IMG/VR virus record: IMGVR_UViG_3300038426_000029
Span: 17,993 to 81,992 of that record
DNA from: a virus
Lineage: Duplodnaviria; Caudoviricetes
DNA length: 64,000 nucleotides
Strand: one strand, 5' to 3'
Positions 1 through 8,828 of the stretch are shown here, piece after piece (the first letter of the stretch is position 1; each line of letters starts with the position of its first letter). Under the pieces are notes generated by a model. The model was not told the origin of the DNA, did not search any database, and saw only the letters and a program-made list of their open reading frames with translations. Position numbers and translations under genes: made by a program.

Positions 1-1067
1 TGTTTTATGTATATGATTGTCGGTTCGTTTATTGGTGTTCCAATCCTGCTAACCATCCAGACATAGACGGTACTTATCTGATTTTCCTTGAAATTCTGGT
101 ATATCTTATCCGCAAGATAGAAACAGAAGTGATTATAGATTTTTCCGATGTGTGAGATTGAATTCTTACCACTTGCCGCCTCAACGCTCATGGGTCTGGA
201 CATTGAGATCAAACCAACAGGATTGTTACCTCTACCAACTTGACCAGAATCACCAGATTCGGCTGATGTTCCTGTGACGGTGAGATACAAACCATTTATT
301 CCATTATCATATCTATCCAATGTATTGAGCCTAATTGTTGGAGTATAATCTGGATAATTCTCTCTACAGAATCTAGCTATTAATCTTGTAATCTCTTCTT
401 TGTCCTTCCTATAAGCATACATATCTGTGATATATCTATCAATCATAGCCATTGCCACCGTGATGTCTAATTGTTTGCCGTTTCTGATAGTCATTACCTT
501 GATGTCCTTGCCTGAGCATGGATATTGTTTCTTGAATTCTGGTGTGTTAAGATATTTCTCAAGCCCTATTGTGAGATTTTCTGTCGGTGTGAATGGTGCA
601 TACCCTACAGCCGCAGATGTGTCGTTGGCTGGTAGAAATTCACCATTTTTAGTTCGTTCAAAAATATCATTGAGATCACCAGAGCCTTCAGCTAGGTATG
701 AAACATATTTCGGCATAGGGAACATATCTAAATTTGTCTTAAACCAGTTCTTGATTGTTTGCTCTATAACTGGGTGGATGTCCACTTTCTTCCCATCAAT
801 AATAGATGTTGCTCTATCACCCAAACATATCGTGGCTGGTTTTATGATCTTCCCACCACCAAAGGCTGGTTGTGTTTCACCAGCAAAGAGTGTTGCCTTA
901 TCAAAGTTGTGGTGCTGTTTCCAGTTCTTGAAGTATTCTACAGAGATTGCATCAACGATACTATTTATGATTGTATCTGGATGCCCAAAACCCTTACGTT
1001 CAACGATTTCAACGCTGTCATTTTCAACGTTTGTCACACGTACTGGCTCAATATTTATGTTGACCAT
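1..1067 (-). CDS. mat: Archaeal-type S-adenosylmethionine synthetase (runs off left edge; absent from ORF track)
   Basis: Manual translation from ATG 1067: VEIVERKGFGHPDT, HHNFDK, FGGG, PANDTSAAVGYAP, GTSAESGDSGQVGRGN, RPMSVEAASGKN..HIGKIYN, SRIGTPINEP. Confidence 0.93.
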   Translation of the reverse strand, partial: MVNINIEPVRVTNVENDSVEIVERKGFGHPDTIINSIVDAISVEYFKNWKQHHNFDKATLFAGETQPAFGGGKIIKPATICLGDRATSIIDGKKVDIHPVIEQTIKNWFKTNLDMFPMPKYVSYLAEGSGDLNDIFERTKNGEFLPANDTSAAVGYAPFTPTENLTIGLEKYLNTPEFKKQYPCSGKDIKVMTIRNGKQLDITVAMAMIDRYITDMYAYRKDKEEITRLIARFCRENYPDYTPTIRLNTLDRYDNGINGLYLTVTGTSAESGDSGQVGRGNNPVGLISMSRPMSVEAASGKNSISHIGKIYNHFCFYLADKIYQNFKENQISTVYVWMVSRIGTPINEPTIIYIK

Positions 1068-1122
1068 ATCGTATATGTATATAGATAATAAATATAAATG
1101 TTTGTATGTCTATGAGGAATAA

Positions 1123-1461
1123 TTATATTAATGTGTCTACATATCTCTGTATCATCTTTGTGTACACCAACATCCTTCTATCATGTCTGGTCTTACCTGT
1201 CTTGTAATGTTGAAGATAGTGGGCAAATTCATGGGAAACATCACCAGCAATTATTTGCCTATACTTGACATATTGTATCGTGTTAGGATACACGAATTTA
1301 CAGAACCTCCTATTTTGTATTTTTATGTTTGGTATAGGGACATGAAATCTCCAACACATAAAATAAGTTAATCCGATTGCCTCTATTTGAGTTATGGGCT
1401 GATCATACTTTGTGTTAGAAAGTTTATCTCTTTCAGTCCTGTAGTATACAAGACGAGTCAA
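1123..1461 (-). CDS. Small HExxH putative metallopeptidase-like protein
   Basis: SHEFAHYLQH followed by a downstream His (TRHD). Confidence 0.5.
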   Translation of the reverse strand: MTRLVYYRTERDKLSNTKYDQPITQIEAIGLTYFMCWRFHVPIPNIKIQNRRFCKFVYPNTIQYVKYRQIIAGDVSHEFAHYLQHYKTGKTRHDRRMLVYTKMIQRYVDTLI

Positions 1462-1646
1462 AGTTTGTCACTCTTGTAGGAACACCTGATACAAACATTA
1501 TCGAATGTATATCCATCAAAGAACCTACAAAGGTTACAGGTCTTTCCTATTAGAACCTGCGTACCTAATTTCGGGCACTCAACCAATGGTATCCGAATAA
1601 CTTCCAGAGATTCAAATTTTGGCTTTGGCATGTGTACCATACACAT
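1458..1646 (-). CDS. Small Cys-rich (Zn-binding) protein; true start probably 1646/1640/1631, not 1835
   Basis: CPK..CNLC..CIRC; own BRE-TATA at 1660-1676; the longer track ORF overlaps the GT gene. Confidence 0.5.
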   Translation of the reverse strand: MCMVHMPKPKFESLEVIRIPLVECPKLGTQVLIGKTCNLCRFFDGYTFDNVCIRCSYKSDKL

Positions 1647-1659
1647 AGATACATATCTC

Positions 1660-1676
1660 TTATATAAATCTTCCGA
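1660..1676 (-). promoter_or_regulatory. Archaeal BRE-TATA promoter
   Basis: TCGGAAGATTTATATAA on minus strand just upstream of the Cys-rich ORF. Confidence 0.55.
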
Positions 1677-1678
1677 AC

Positions 1679-2638
1679 CTAAGAATCTTGTATAATGGCT
1701 TTTATATATCCAATTCCGAAATAAAAGCCAAGAATGATAGCAACTCTTAGTACTGTATAATTGTGATGGTTCTTTAAATCTACACTCATAATTGTAAAAA
1801 TTAAGCCCCAGCTTCCAAAGAAAGCACCAATACAATCAATCAGTGGTCTTGTTCCAATAAAATACGGTATGAAGAAAAACACAGGACTTAGAAGAATTAA
1901 TAATGATGGCAGAGAACGGGATGGAAGATAGAAATGTTTTACCCTCAACATCCTACCCCAACTCCAACCATAGCCAAAAATTTGCTTTTGGAATTGTTTT
2001 ATTGTCTTTCTTTCGTGATGTATTACTGGTGAGTTTGGGACACCTAATAATCTATATCCTCTCTTACGTAGTCTATAATTCATCTCATAGTCTTCTGCAC
2101 CACCAATATCCTCATTAAATCCATCAACATCTGCTATTGCTTTTGTTCTATATACACTGTTATATCCGGGTAGGCTATTGACATATGTGAAATCATCATA
2201 TTTTTGCGAGTGATTAGAAGCAAGTTTCATTACAGAATTTATTGCTTGTGAAAGTTCTGAGGAAGCGTCTGGTACACAACCAGAAGATATTCCTGCAATT
2301 GGCATTTCACCAAAATTGTTTAGATCAGAAAACATCTCTTCCATATCATCTGCCCAAGTGTGTGGAACTTCCGTATCGCTGTCTAGGAAGGCAACAAGAT
2401 CGGATGTAACGTGCATGAGTCCTTGATTACAGGCAACTGCACGTTTACTTCCCTTTCCAAGAGACTTGGGTTCATCATAGATTTCACAGCCATATTTTTT
2501 GGCAATTTCCAGAGTTTTATCAGTTGAACAACCATCAACAATTATGATCCTGACAGGAATGGTTTGTTGTCTCAGTGATTTGAGACAGACTTCAAGTGTT
2601 CCTTCAGAATTTTTTGTGGGTATAATTACATCAATCAT
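1679..2638 (-). CDS. GT2 glycosyltransferase with C-terminal TM helices
   Basis: VIIPTKN, IIIVDGCSTD, FLDSD, GGAED, hydrophobic C-terminus. Confidence 0.9.
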   Translation of the reverse strand: MIDVIIPTKNSEGTLEVCLKSLRQQTIPVRIIIVDGCSTDKTLEIAKKYGCEIYDEPKSLGKGSKRAVACNQGLMHVTSDLVAFLDSDTEVPHTWADDMEEMFSDLNNFGEMPIAGISSGCVPDASSELSQAINSVMKLASNHSQKYDDFTYVNSLPGYNSVYRTKAIADVDGFNEDIGGAEDYEMNYRLRKRGYRLLGVPNSPVIHHERKTIKQFQKQIFGYGWSWGRMLRVKHFYLPSRSLPSLLILLSPVFFFIPYFIGTRPLIDCIGAFFGSWGLIFTIMSVDLKNHHNYTVLRVAIILGFYFGIGYIKAIIQDS

Positions 2639-2639
2639 T

Positions 2640-2789
2640 TTAATCAGTCACATCTGGTGTTATCATAAAAGCCGCACAACCAAAGCCAAAAGAAATTTGT
2701 ACTATAATAACCGAATTAACTAATATACCAGCCATAACACCAATTGCTGAAATAATAGTTGTTTTAATTATCCATTGATACCATTTCAT
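2640..2789 (-). CDS. Small membrane protein (49 aa)
   Basis: TGATG overlap with dgkA stop; hydrophobic. Confidence 0.5.
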   Translation of the reverse strand: MKWYQWIIKTTIISAIGVMAGILVNSVIIVQISFGFGCAAFMITPDVTD

Positions 2790-3136
2790 CACAAATACAC
2801 CAACAACTTTGGTATGAATATTATACATCCCACGAAGAATGTAAATATTGTGAATAGTAAAACAGCACCAGAACTAATATCCTTAATAATTTTTATTTGT
2901 GGATTGGGATTTGGATCAATCATGTTGCATATTGCTTCTACGCAAGTATTCATCATTTCTAGTGCCATTAACATAGATGAACATATAAGAACAGCTATCC
3001 ATTCCATTGGAGATGCACCAAACATAAAACACATAATAAATGTAATGGTTGTAAACGTAAGCAATAATAGTAGTTTGCTATTCACCAATGCTAACAATAT
3101 TCCGTTTAATCCGTATTTGAACATACAATACTCCAC
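2789..3136 (-). CDS. dgkA: Prokaryotic diacylglycerol/undecaprenol kinase family
   Basis: LEMMNTCVEAICNMID...KIIKDISSGAVL, three TM segments. Confidence 0.85.
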   Translation of the reverse strand: MEYCMFKYGLNGILLALVNSKLLLLLTFTTITFIMCFMFGASPMEWIAVLICSSMLMALEMMNTCVEAICNMIDPNPNPQIKIIKDISSGAVLLFTIFTFFVGCIIFIPKLLVYL

Positions 3137-3519
3137 CAGTTTTTAAGTCTATATATTAAAGACAGAGACATAACACCATTATAATGATTAAATATTATAT
3201 CCAAAAAAATATGTATGAAATATCCAGCACCAAAATAAACAATATATTGATTATGAATAAAAAACATCAAACCAATAACAATTAACATAAATTCATAACT
3301 ATGAAGAGGCAATATATAATGTGGTCTATCTGCAAGACCATCTGAGAGTTCTCTAAGTGAATATGTTGGTTTCCTATACCTGAGATAATAATCGAAACAA
3401 TGATCAAAATCTATCAACACACCACCAATAAAGAATGGAATTAAAAGATATAGATTATCCTTCGGTGCAAAGAATAGGAAAATTGCTATTATGATTATTG
3501 CATGGTGTGAGAAGTACAA
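3106..3519 (-). CDS. Membrane metal-dependent hydrolase-like (YdjM-like) protein
   Basis: HH near N-terminus, GGVLIDFDH, PLHS, HIFLD. Confidence 0.6.
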   Translation of the reverse strand: MYFSHHAIIIIAIFLFFAPKDNLYLLIPFFIGGVLIDFDHCFDYYLRYRKPTYSLRELSDGLADRPHYILPLHSYEFMLIVIGLMFFIHNQYIVYFGAGYFIHIFLDIIFNHYNGVMSLSLIYRLKNWWSIVCSNTD

Positions 3520-3524
3520 ATAAG

Positions 3525-4388
3525 TTATACACCCTTCATAATTTCCATAGTTAGTGTAATGCCCATTTCCAAATCGTGAAGTGGCACAAACCCAAGTTTC
3601 ACAATTTTATCTATATTGTACCAAGACCTTTTTAGATCAAAAGCAGACATCTCATATGGAACAAAAACTATTTTAGCATCCGTTTGTCTGGATATAATTT
3701 CTGCAACATCAAGCACACTTGACTCAACACCTGTACCAATATTGTATGTTTCACCACGTATGCCATCTTCTAACACAAGTTGAAGCCCATCAAGGGCATC
3801 ATCTATGTAGATCATATCCCTTGTTTGCTTACCATCACCATAAACTGTGAGAGGTTCACCTTTTAATGCCTTGTTGATGAAAATGTTTACTGGTCCCTCA
3901 GTTCTATTCGGTCCATAGACACTACTGAAACGGATAATCCTTGCATTTACATTCTTCGTAATAACCCATTTTCTTAGGTATTGTTCTGCGGCATACTTGG
4001 ATATTCCATAGTTGCTGACAGGTATACACATTGAATATTCTGAGTGTGGTACATTTGAAAGTCCATAAACAGCACCAGAAGAGGTGTAGACCATCGGAAT
4101 ATCTGTACCTTCCAAACATTTTAGAAGGTTGATCATCCCAAACTCGTTTATCTTTATGTCCATTTCTGGATTTTGTTCTCCGGGTTTGAGAAAGGCTTGG
4201 GCACAAATATGATAGACCTGATCTGGATCAAATTTATAAAAAACATCCATCAACCTATCACCATCTGTGATGTCATATCTTTCATCGTGTTTTATGTCGT
4301 AATTAAAGACATCGTGACCTTGGCTCTTTAGTCTTTCGACTAGAGCATTTCCTACAAATCCAGAACCGCCTGTTACAAGTATTCTCAA
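3525..4388 (-). CDS. NAD-dependent NDP-sugar epimerase/dehydratase; likely TTG start at 4388
   Basis: RILVTGGSGFVG, TSSGAVYG, YGISK (YxxxK), GDGKQTRD; TTGA overlap with upstream stop. Confidence 0.92.
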   Translation of the reverse strand: MRILVTGGSGFVGNALVERLKSQGHDVFNYDIKHDERYDITDGDRLMDVFYKFDPDQVYHICAQAFLKPGEQNPEMDIKINEFGMINLLKCLEGTDIPMVYTSSGAVYGLSNVPHSEYSMCIPVSNYGISKYAAEQYLRKWVITKNVNARIIRFSSVYGPNRTEGPVNIFINKALKGEPLTVYGDGKQTRDMIYIDDALDGLQLVLEDGIRGETYNIGTGVESSVLDVAEIISRQTDAKIVFVPYEMSAFDLKRSWYNIDKIVKLGFVPLHDLEMGITLTMEIMKGV

Positions 4389-5185
4389 TATATTTTCATC
4401 CTCACTTTTAATGCAACTTCCTCTGCCACAGGACAGGAACATGCATACTTTTTATAATATTTGTTTTGGTAAACCGTCTTTGGATAGTAACCATCCTTTG
4501 GACTGAGCATACCCAATTCAGATTCGATAGCTATTTTGTGTAAACGCAAGTTTGTCAGACCTATGAAGGCACATAACCTTGGCATCTTGTAGTTGTAGCC
4601 TTCCATGACTTTTTCACCGTTCTCATCGAATCCATGATTGCGAATCATTCTAGCTTTTTTATCTATGTCAGGATCGTCTGTAACCAAAGCACCACCCTCA
4701 AATGTCCACAGGTTTTTTGAGGCATAAAAACTGAATGTGCCAACATCACCAATTGAACCTGCCCTTCTACCATCCTTGACTTTTGCACCAAAGGCTTGAG
4801 AGGCATCTTCAATGAACTTCACGGCTGAGTTGTCACAAATCTTCCTGATTTCGAGAAGGTTTTCTGTATTACCAAAGAGATCGACATTGAGAATCGTGCT
4901 AATACGATTGTTTTCTTCCAGCTTTTTCTGTACAAGTTCTGGATCAAGACATAGAGTTTTTCTATCTATATCAACGAATATAGGCTTTCTACCTATCTGA
5001 AGAATTGGGTCAACGGTTGCTATGAATGTAAAGGGTGTGGTTATTACATCTGCCCAAGTGTCAGATGCAATTAAAGCAGTATGAATGGCAGATGTTCCAT
5101 TTGAAACAGCAACGACATATTTAGTACCAATATATTTGGCAATCTCTTCCTCAAATAGCTTGATAACGTCATCAAACTCGTTCAA
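4385..5185 (-). CDS. DegT/DnrJ/EryC1/StrS PLP sugar aminotransferase (short, 266 aa)
   Basis: VSNGTSA, TFIAT, IEDASQAFGA, SFYASKNL..EGG, GYNYKM. Confidence 0.9.
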   Translation of the reverse strand: MNEFDDVIKLFEEEIAKYIGTKYVVAVSNGTSAIHTALIASDTWADVITTPFTFIATVDPILQIGRKPIFVDIDRKTLCLDPELVQKKLEENNRISTILNVDLFGNTENLLEIRKICDNSAVKFIEDASQAFGAKVKDGRRAGSIGDVGTFSFYASKNLWTFEGGALVTDDPDIDKKARMIRNHGFDENGEKVMEGYNYKMPRLCAFIGLTNLRLHKIAIESELGMLSPKDGYYPKTVYQNKYYKKYACSCPVAEEVALKVRMKIY

Positions 5186-5622
5186 TGTGATTCCTCATAT
5201 ATTTTCTTTTTAGCAAAGTATTTATTAATATCATATTTATATTTTGCTGGATTTCCAAAGTAAACCCCCTTATTATAGAGGGATTTTGTGACAACAGCAG
5301 ACCCACCAACAACAATTCCACTGGAAACTCTTATACCCGGAAATATTGTGCAACTACCGCCAAGTACAACATCATCTTCAATTGTTGGGGGTAAATTCTT
5401 ACTACTTGGTGGATATTTGTCATTTAAGAATGTAACGTTTGGACCGATAAAAACCCTGTTACCAATTTTAGTTCCGTTTGGTATTGATACTCTACATTGA
5501 ATGTTGCAATCTTCACCAATCTCAACATCTGTACCGATGTCACAAAAAGCACCGATTTTTGTTCCCTTTCCTATAGATTTTGCCCTATTCACCGTTGGCT
5601 CATAGATAATAGGATCAGACAT
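5182..5622 (-). CDS. Hexapeptide-repeat sugar N-acetyltransferase (WbpD/FdtC-like)
   Basis: IGxxxxIG repeats, FIGPNVTFLNDKYP, GNPAK. Confidence 0.85.
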   Translation of the reverse strand: MSDPIIYEPTVNRAKSIGKGTKIGAFCDIGTDVEIGEDCNIQCRVSIPNGTKIGNRVFIGPNVTFLNDKYPPSSKNLPPTIEDDVVLGGSCTIFPGIRVSSGIVVGGSAVVTKSLYNKGVYFGNPAKYKYDINKYFAKKKIYEESH

Positions 5623-5670
5623 TGATTTACACCAATATTACGTTGTGGTTGATTTATAAATGTTATGGAC

Positions 5671-5687
5671 ACCGAAACACTTATAAA
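5671..5687 (+). promoter_or_regulatory. Archaeal BRE-TATA promoter (divergent from minus-strand operon)
   Basis: ACCGAAACACTTATAAA; same motif recurs elsewhere in the window. Confidence 0.7.
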
Positions 5688-5748
5688 CTCTCCTAAAAAC
5701 AGTTCTGTGGGAATCCCCGTCTAAACGGAATCCTAAAGGTAAAACAAA

Positions 5749-6087
5749 ATGTCAAATAACGATTTTGATTTTCCATATTTCTCTGAAATTATGGATAATG
5801 AAGAAACAAAGGTATATGATGAGGTTTGCAAGTTGCCAACACTCAAACTTTTTGAAGAGTTTGACAAGACTATGGAAAATAGTGAGAACATCAAAAACAG
5901 AACTAGATATGATGTTATCAGAGGTGTGATAGCTGATAGGTTGGGACTTTTCCACAGGGATGTTGCTGGTCCTGCCATTGCTGGTGAAATAGCTGAGGCT
6001 AATGATAAAATAGAAGAGTTAGATCGTAAGTTCAAAAACCACAGACATGATACATCCAAGTCCTATTCAGGCAAATCAGAGTGGTGA
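5749..6087 (+). CDS. Hypothetical protein with C-terminal coiled coil
   Basis: Own promoter, plausible composition. Confidence 0.6.
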   Translation: MSNNDFDFPYFSEIMDNEETKVYDEVCKLPTLKLFEEFDKTMENSENIKNRTRYDVIRGVIADRLGLFHRDVAGPAIAGEIAEANDKIEELDRKFKNHRHDTSKSYSGKSEW

Positions 6088-6090
6088 CGG

Positions 6091-6255
6091 TTGGAAAAAA
6101 CAGCACTTTACTGGATTGATAAAGCCATAAAAATAATCCTGTTCGTTCCAATTTTTATTATTTTACTTTTTGCTGATTATATGTTCTATCCAAATCAACA
6201 GCGATATGATGTGGTTGAGGTATTGAAAGAGTGGTGGAATCAGACACCACAGTGA
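6091..6255 (+). CDS. Small membrane protein (54 aa, TTG start; not in track)
   Basis: GGTGA SD 3 nt upstream; MEKTALYWIDKAIKIILFVPIFIILLFADY... Confidence 0.5.
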   Translation: MEKTALYWIDKAIKIILFVPIFIILLFADYMFYPNQQRYDVVEVLKEWWNQTPQ

Positions 6256-6258
6256 TAA

Positions 6259-6849
6259 TCACCACCTGTGCATTATTGATACATTTACACTTCTCTGATG
6301 CTCAAAAACGTTTTTGCCAACAAATCCATTAGCTATGAATTTATCAACAAGATACCCAGTATGAACCTCTATCACACATGGTGTGTGGTAATTTTTGAGT
6401 ATGTCACCATCAAGTAAACCGCCCTCATAACCTTCTATGTCCATCTCCATAAAATGGTGGGGTATTGAGAGCATATCAACTGAAAATGGTTTGCCTATAA
6501 CGATGATGGGGTGAGTTTGGGCATTTTCTTTGAGGTATTTTAATGCAACAGGTTCCATTTCGACAGCTATTACCTGTTTAGCACCAAGTTCTTCTATATA
6601 GAATTTGGAAGTTTCTCCACACCCTGCACCAACATTTAGAACAGTTTTGCCAACTAGGGAAAATGGAGGTTTATAAAGTTTTCTCCATACAGGAAGTTCC
6701 CTATAATATAAATTCTCGAATTCTGGTGAAAAAGACCAGCCTTTCAAACTAGACCTGCGGAACAACATCTTCCAAGGTATGGGTTGCCCATATGCAGTAA
6801 GATGAAGGGGCAATCCTGTATATTTAATTCCTAATTTATTTGTTTTCAT
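6259..6849 (-). CDS. Class I SAM-dependent methyltransferase-like
   Basis: VLNVGAGCG, VIAVE, MDIEG. Confidence 0.7.
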   Translation of the reverse strand: MKTNKLGIKYTGLPLHLTAYGQPIPWKMLFRRSSLKGWSFSPEFENLYYRELPVWRKLYKPPFSLVGKTVLNVGAGCGETSKFYIEELGAKQVIAVEMEPVALKYLKENAQTHPIIVIGKPFSVDMLSIPHHFMEMDIEGYEGGLLDGDILKNYHTPCVIEVHTGYLVDKFIANGFVGKNVFEHQRSVNVSIMHRW

Positions 6850-6973
6850 TTATTTTACTTCCGCTTTCCGCTTTAATTTCCGCTTTACGCTTCCGGTTCC
6901 GAGTTCACGCTTGGTTGGTTCCAATCAACTAGCATTTTTATGTAGTATATATAAATAGAAGTGTTTATAAATG

Positions 6974-7675
6974 TTATTCTTTTTTACAGACAATTACTTT
7001 GTCATAACAGAATTCGGTTAAGAACCTATTTTTATATGTCTTGTTTTCTACCTTATTATATAGGGATGTACTCACTTTTATTATATTATCAGGTCTTGAA
7101 TTTTTTCCGAATATGGCTTTGTAAAATATAGAAAGTAGTCTAGGTATAAAATTTAGGTTATATCCATATAATTGTTCTATTTTGAATTTATTTAGCATAC
7201 TTTTAGCTTGTGTGTTTGTATAATAGTGTGTTTTTTGGTTATATTCTGAATATTGTGATTGTAAGTTATTGGTATAAGTATTGATTTTTAATAAATTTTC
7301 AAGGTCTATCAATAGTCTGTAGGCAGATAATGATGATTGAAAACTAATCACCAAAAATGAGCCTTTTTTTAAGACTCTGTAAAATTCATCAATCGCTTTT
7401 TGATCTTTTTCAACATATCCAATAACCAAAATACAGAAAACAAAATCAAATGTATTGTCTCTAAATGGCAAATTTTCTATAGAAGACTGTATAAAAGGTA
7501 TATTTTCAATATCTTTTGGCACTAAAACATCAACTGGAATAACGGAATAACCCATATTCATCAGATATTTTGTATATTTTAAATCACCAGCACCAGCATC
7601 CAGAATAATATCTGAAGATTTTGCTAATTCTAACAGTTTCTTTAATGATGGATTTCCTATAATATTAATCAACAC
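6974..7675 (-). CDS. Class I SAM methyltransferase (type 11)
   Basis: ILDAGAG, LPFRDNTFDFV, RVLKKG. Confidence 0.88.
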   Translation of the reverse strand: MLINIIGNPSLKKLLELAKSSDIILDAGAGDLKYTKYLMNMGYSVIPVDVLVPKDIENIPFIQSSIENLPFRDNTFDFVFCILVIGYVEKDQKAIDEFYRVLKKGSFLVISFQSSLSAYRLLIDLENLLKINTYTNNLQSQYSEYNQKTHYYTNTQAKSMLNKFKIEQLYGYNLNFIPRLLSIFYKAIFGKNSRPDNIIKVSTSLYNKVENKTYKNRFLTEFCYDKVIVCKKE

Positions 7676-8307
7676 CTTAATTTATTTACTTTCCATGCAA
7701 TAATAGTTCTTAATATACTTTTATTGTGTGGTTTAAAAAAGTTTATAATGGTCATAACACTAGATACAATCATATACTCTAAACCACTCCAATAAATCCT
7801 GTTTATTATCTTTGTATTAAAACCAAGTTTCTTAAAGTCTGTATCATACCATATAGATTTGTGATAATCAATAACATCATCACCCACTCTCGATAATGTA
7901 TTACCATATGGACATACAAATATAACAAGTTTGGCTTTATCTCTAAGATATTCAATCATTTTTAATACTTTTTCTTTATCCTCAATATGTTCTATAACTT
8001 CTGTACATATTATAATATCTAAATCTTTTATGATATTCTCTGGATATGGTATATTTATGGCATCATATAGATATACCTCTCTGATAAATGGCATCCACTT
8101 TTTTGCAAAATCTACATTGATTGGGTCTACATCTATACCAACAATATATGGTTCTCCACTAATTTTCTGGTTTCGATTTGCAAAAGACACTATTGTATGT
8201 GAAATCTGCCCACAACCAAAGCCAATATCCAGAATACGTGCCCCCTGAATATTTGCTGGTAATAAGTCAAGAATCGAATCTATATCGTGAAATGTACCAT
8301 GTGCCAT
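7669..8307 (-). CDS. Class I SAM methyltransferase
   Basis: ILDIGFGCG, VGIDVD, CTEVIEH. Confidence 0.85.
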   Translation of the reverse strand: MAHGTFHDIDSILDLLPANIQGARILDIGFGCGQISHTIVSFANRNQKISGEPYIVGIDVDPINVDFAKKWMPFIREVYLYDAINIPYPENIIKDLDIIICTEVIEHIEDKEKVLKMIEYLRDKAKLVIFVCPYGNTLSRVGDDVIDYHKSIWYDTDFKKLGFNTKIINRIYWSGLEYMIVSSVMTIINFFKPHNKSILRTIIAWKVNKLRC

Positions 8308-8312
8308 TTACA

Positions 8313-8828
8313 TCATCCACTTGATTGCTGTTTTTCCTTACTTTTTTCTTTTGTTTCATAAATGAAATCAATATATGTACTAATTCTATATGGTCTATCA
8401 ATGTGCCAAATTGGTAGTTCACCCTCTTTTAATATTGGTTTGTGTCCTTCATAATAATCTACATCATAGTGCCAAGTATCCATACTCTGAGTTAATGGTG
8501 GTTCCCATAGCCTTTTTCTATCTGGTCCACGCTTACCGATGTGAATGTGCCTTCTAACATCTTTTTCGTGTTCCCTCAGATATATCACAGATCGTGGTTT
8601 GACTTTAGACACATCATCACGTATTCCGAACACAGTTTCCACACCAAGCATCTGATTGAGTTTAGATACAGTCTCAACATATTTATCCGTTTCGGTATAA
8701 ACTTCCTCAACATACTTTGGTCTTAAATGAAGTACCCTACATACAGAATAAACAATGAGTTTTATGCCCCTTTGCATAGCATATATGTAGTCCAAGTCTG
8801 GATTGTCCCAATCGAATAGAACTTTCAT
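8313..8828 (-). CDS. Hypothetical protein, possibly a degenerate polysaccharide-deacetylase-like fold
   Basis: DWDNPD, HIH, WH motifs; position in glycan operon; weak. Confidence 0.4.
   Translation of the reverse strand: MKVLFDWDNPDLDYIYAMQRGIKLIVYSVCRVLHLRPKYVEEVYTETDKYVETVSKLNQMLGVETVFGIRDDVSKVKPRSVIYLREHEKDVRRHIHIGKRGPDRKRLWEPPLTQSMDTWHYDVDYYEGHKPILKEGELPIWHIDRPYRISTYIDFIYETKEKSKEKQQSSG

Noticed and set aside
427-1122. 231-aa plus-strand ORF
   Set aside because: Antisense shadow of the SAM synthetase
1647-1835. N-terminal part of track ORF 1458-1835
   Set aside because: Overlaps the GT2 3' end and spans a promoter; the real start is downstream
6850-6924. GC-richer ccgcttt repeats / 24-aa basic micro-ORF considered as eL41 or an RNA element
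   Set aside because: Lacks the KW..KR.RRLKR pattern, SD spacing is poor, and no convincing fold was seen
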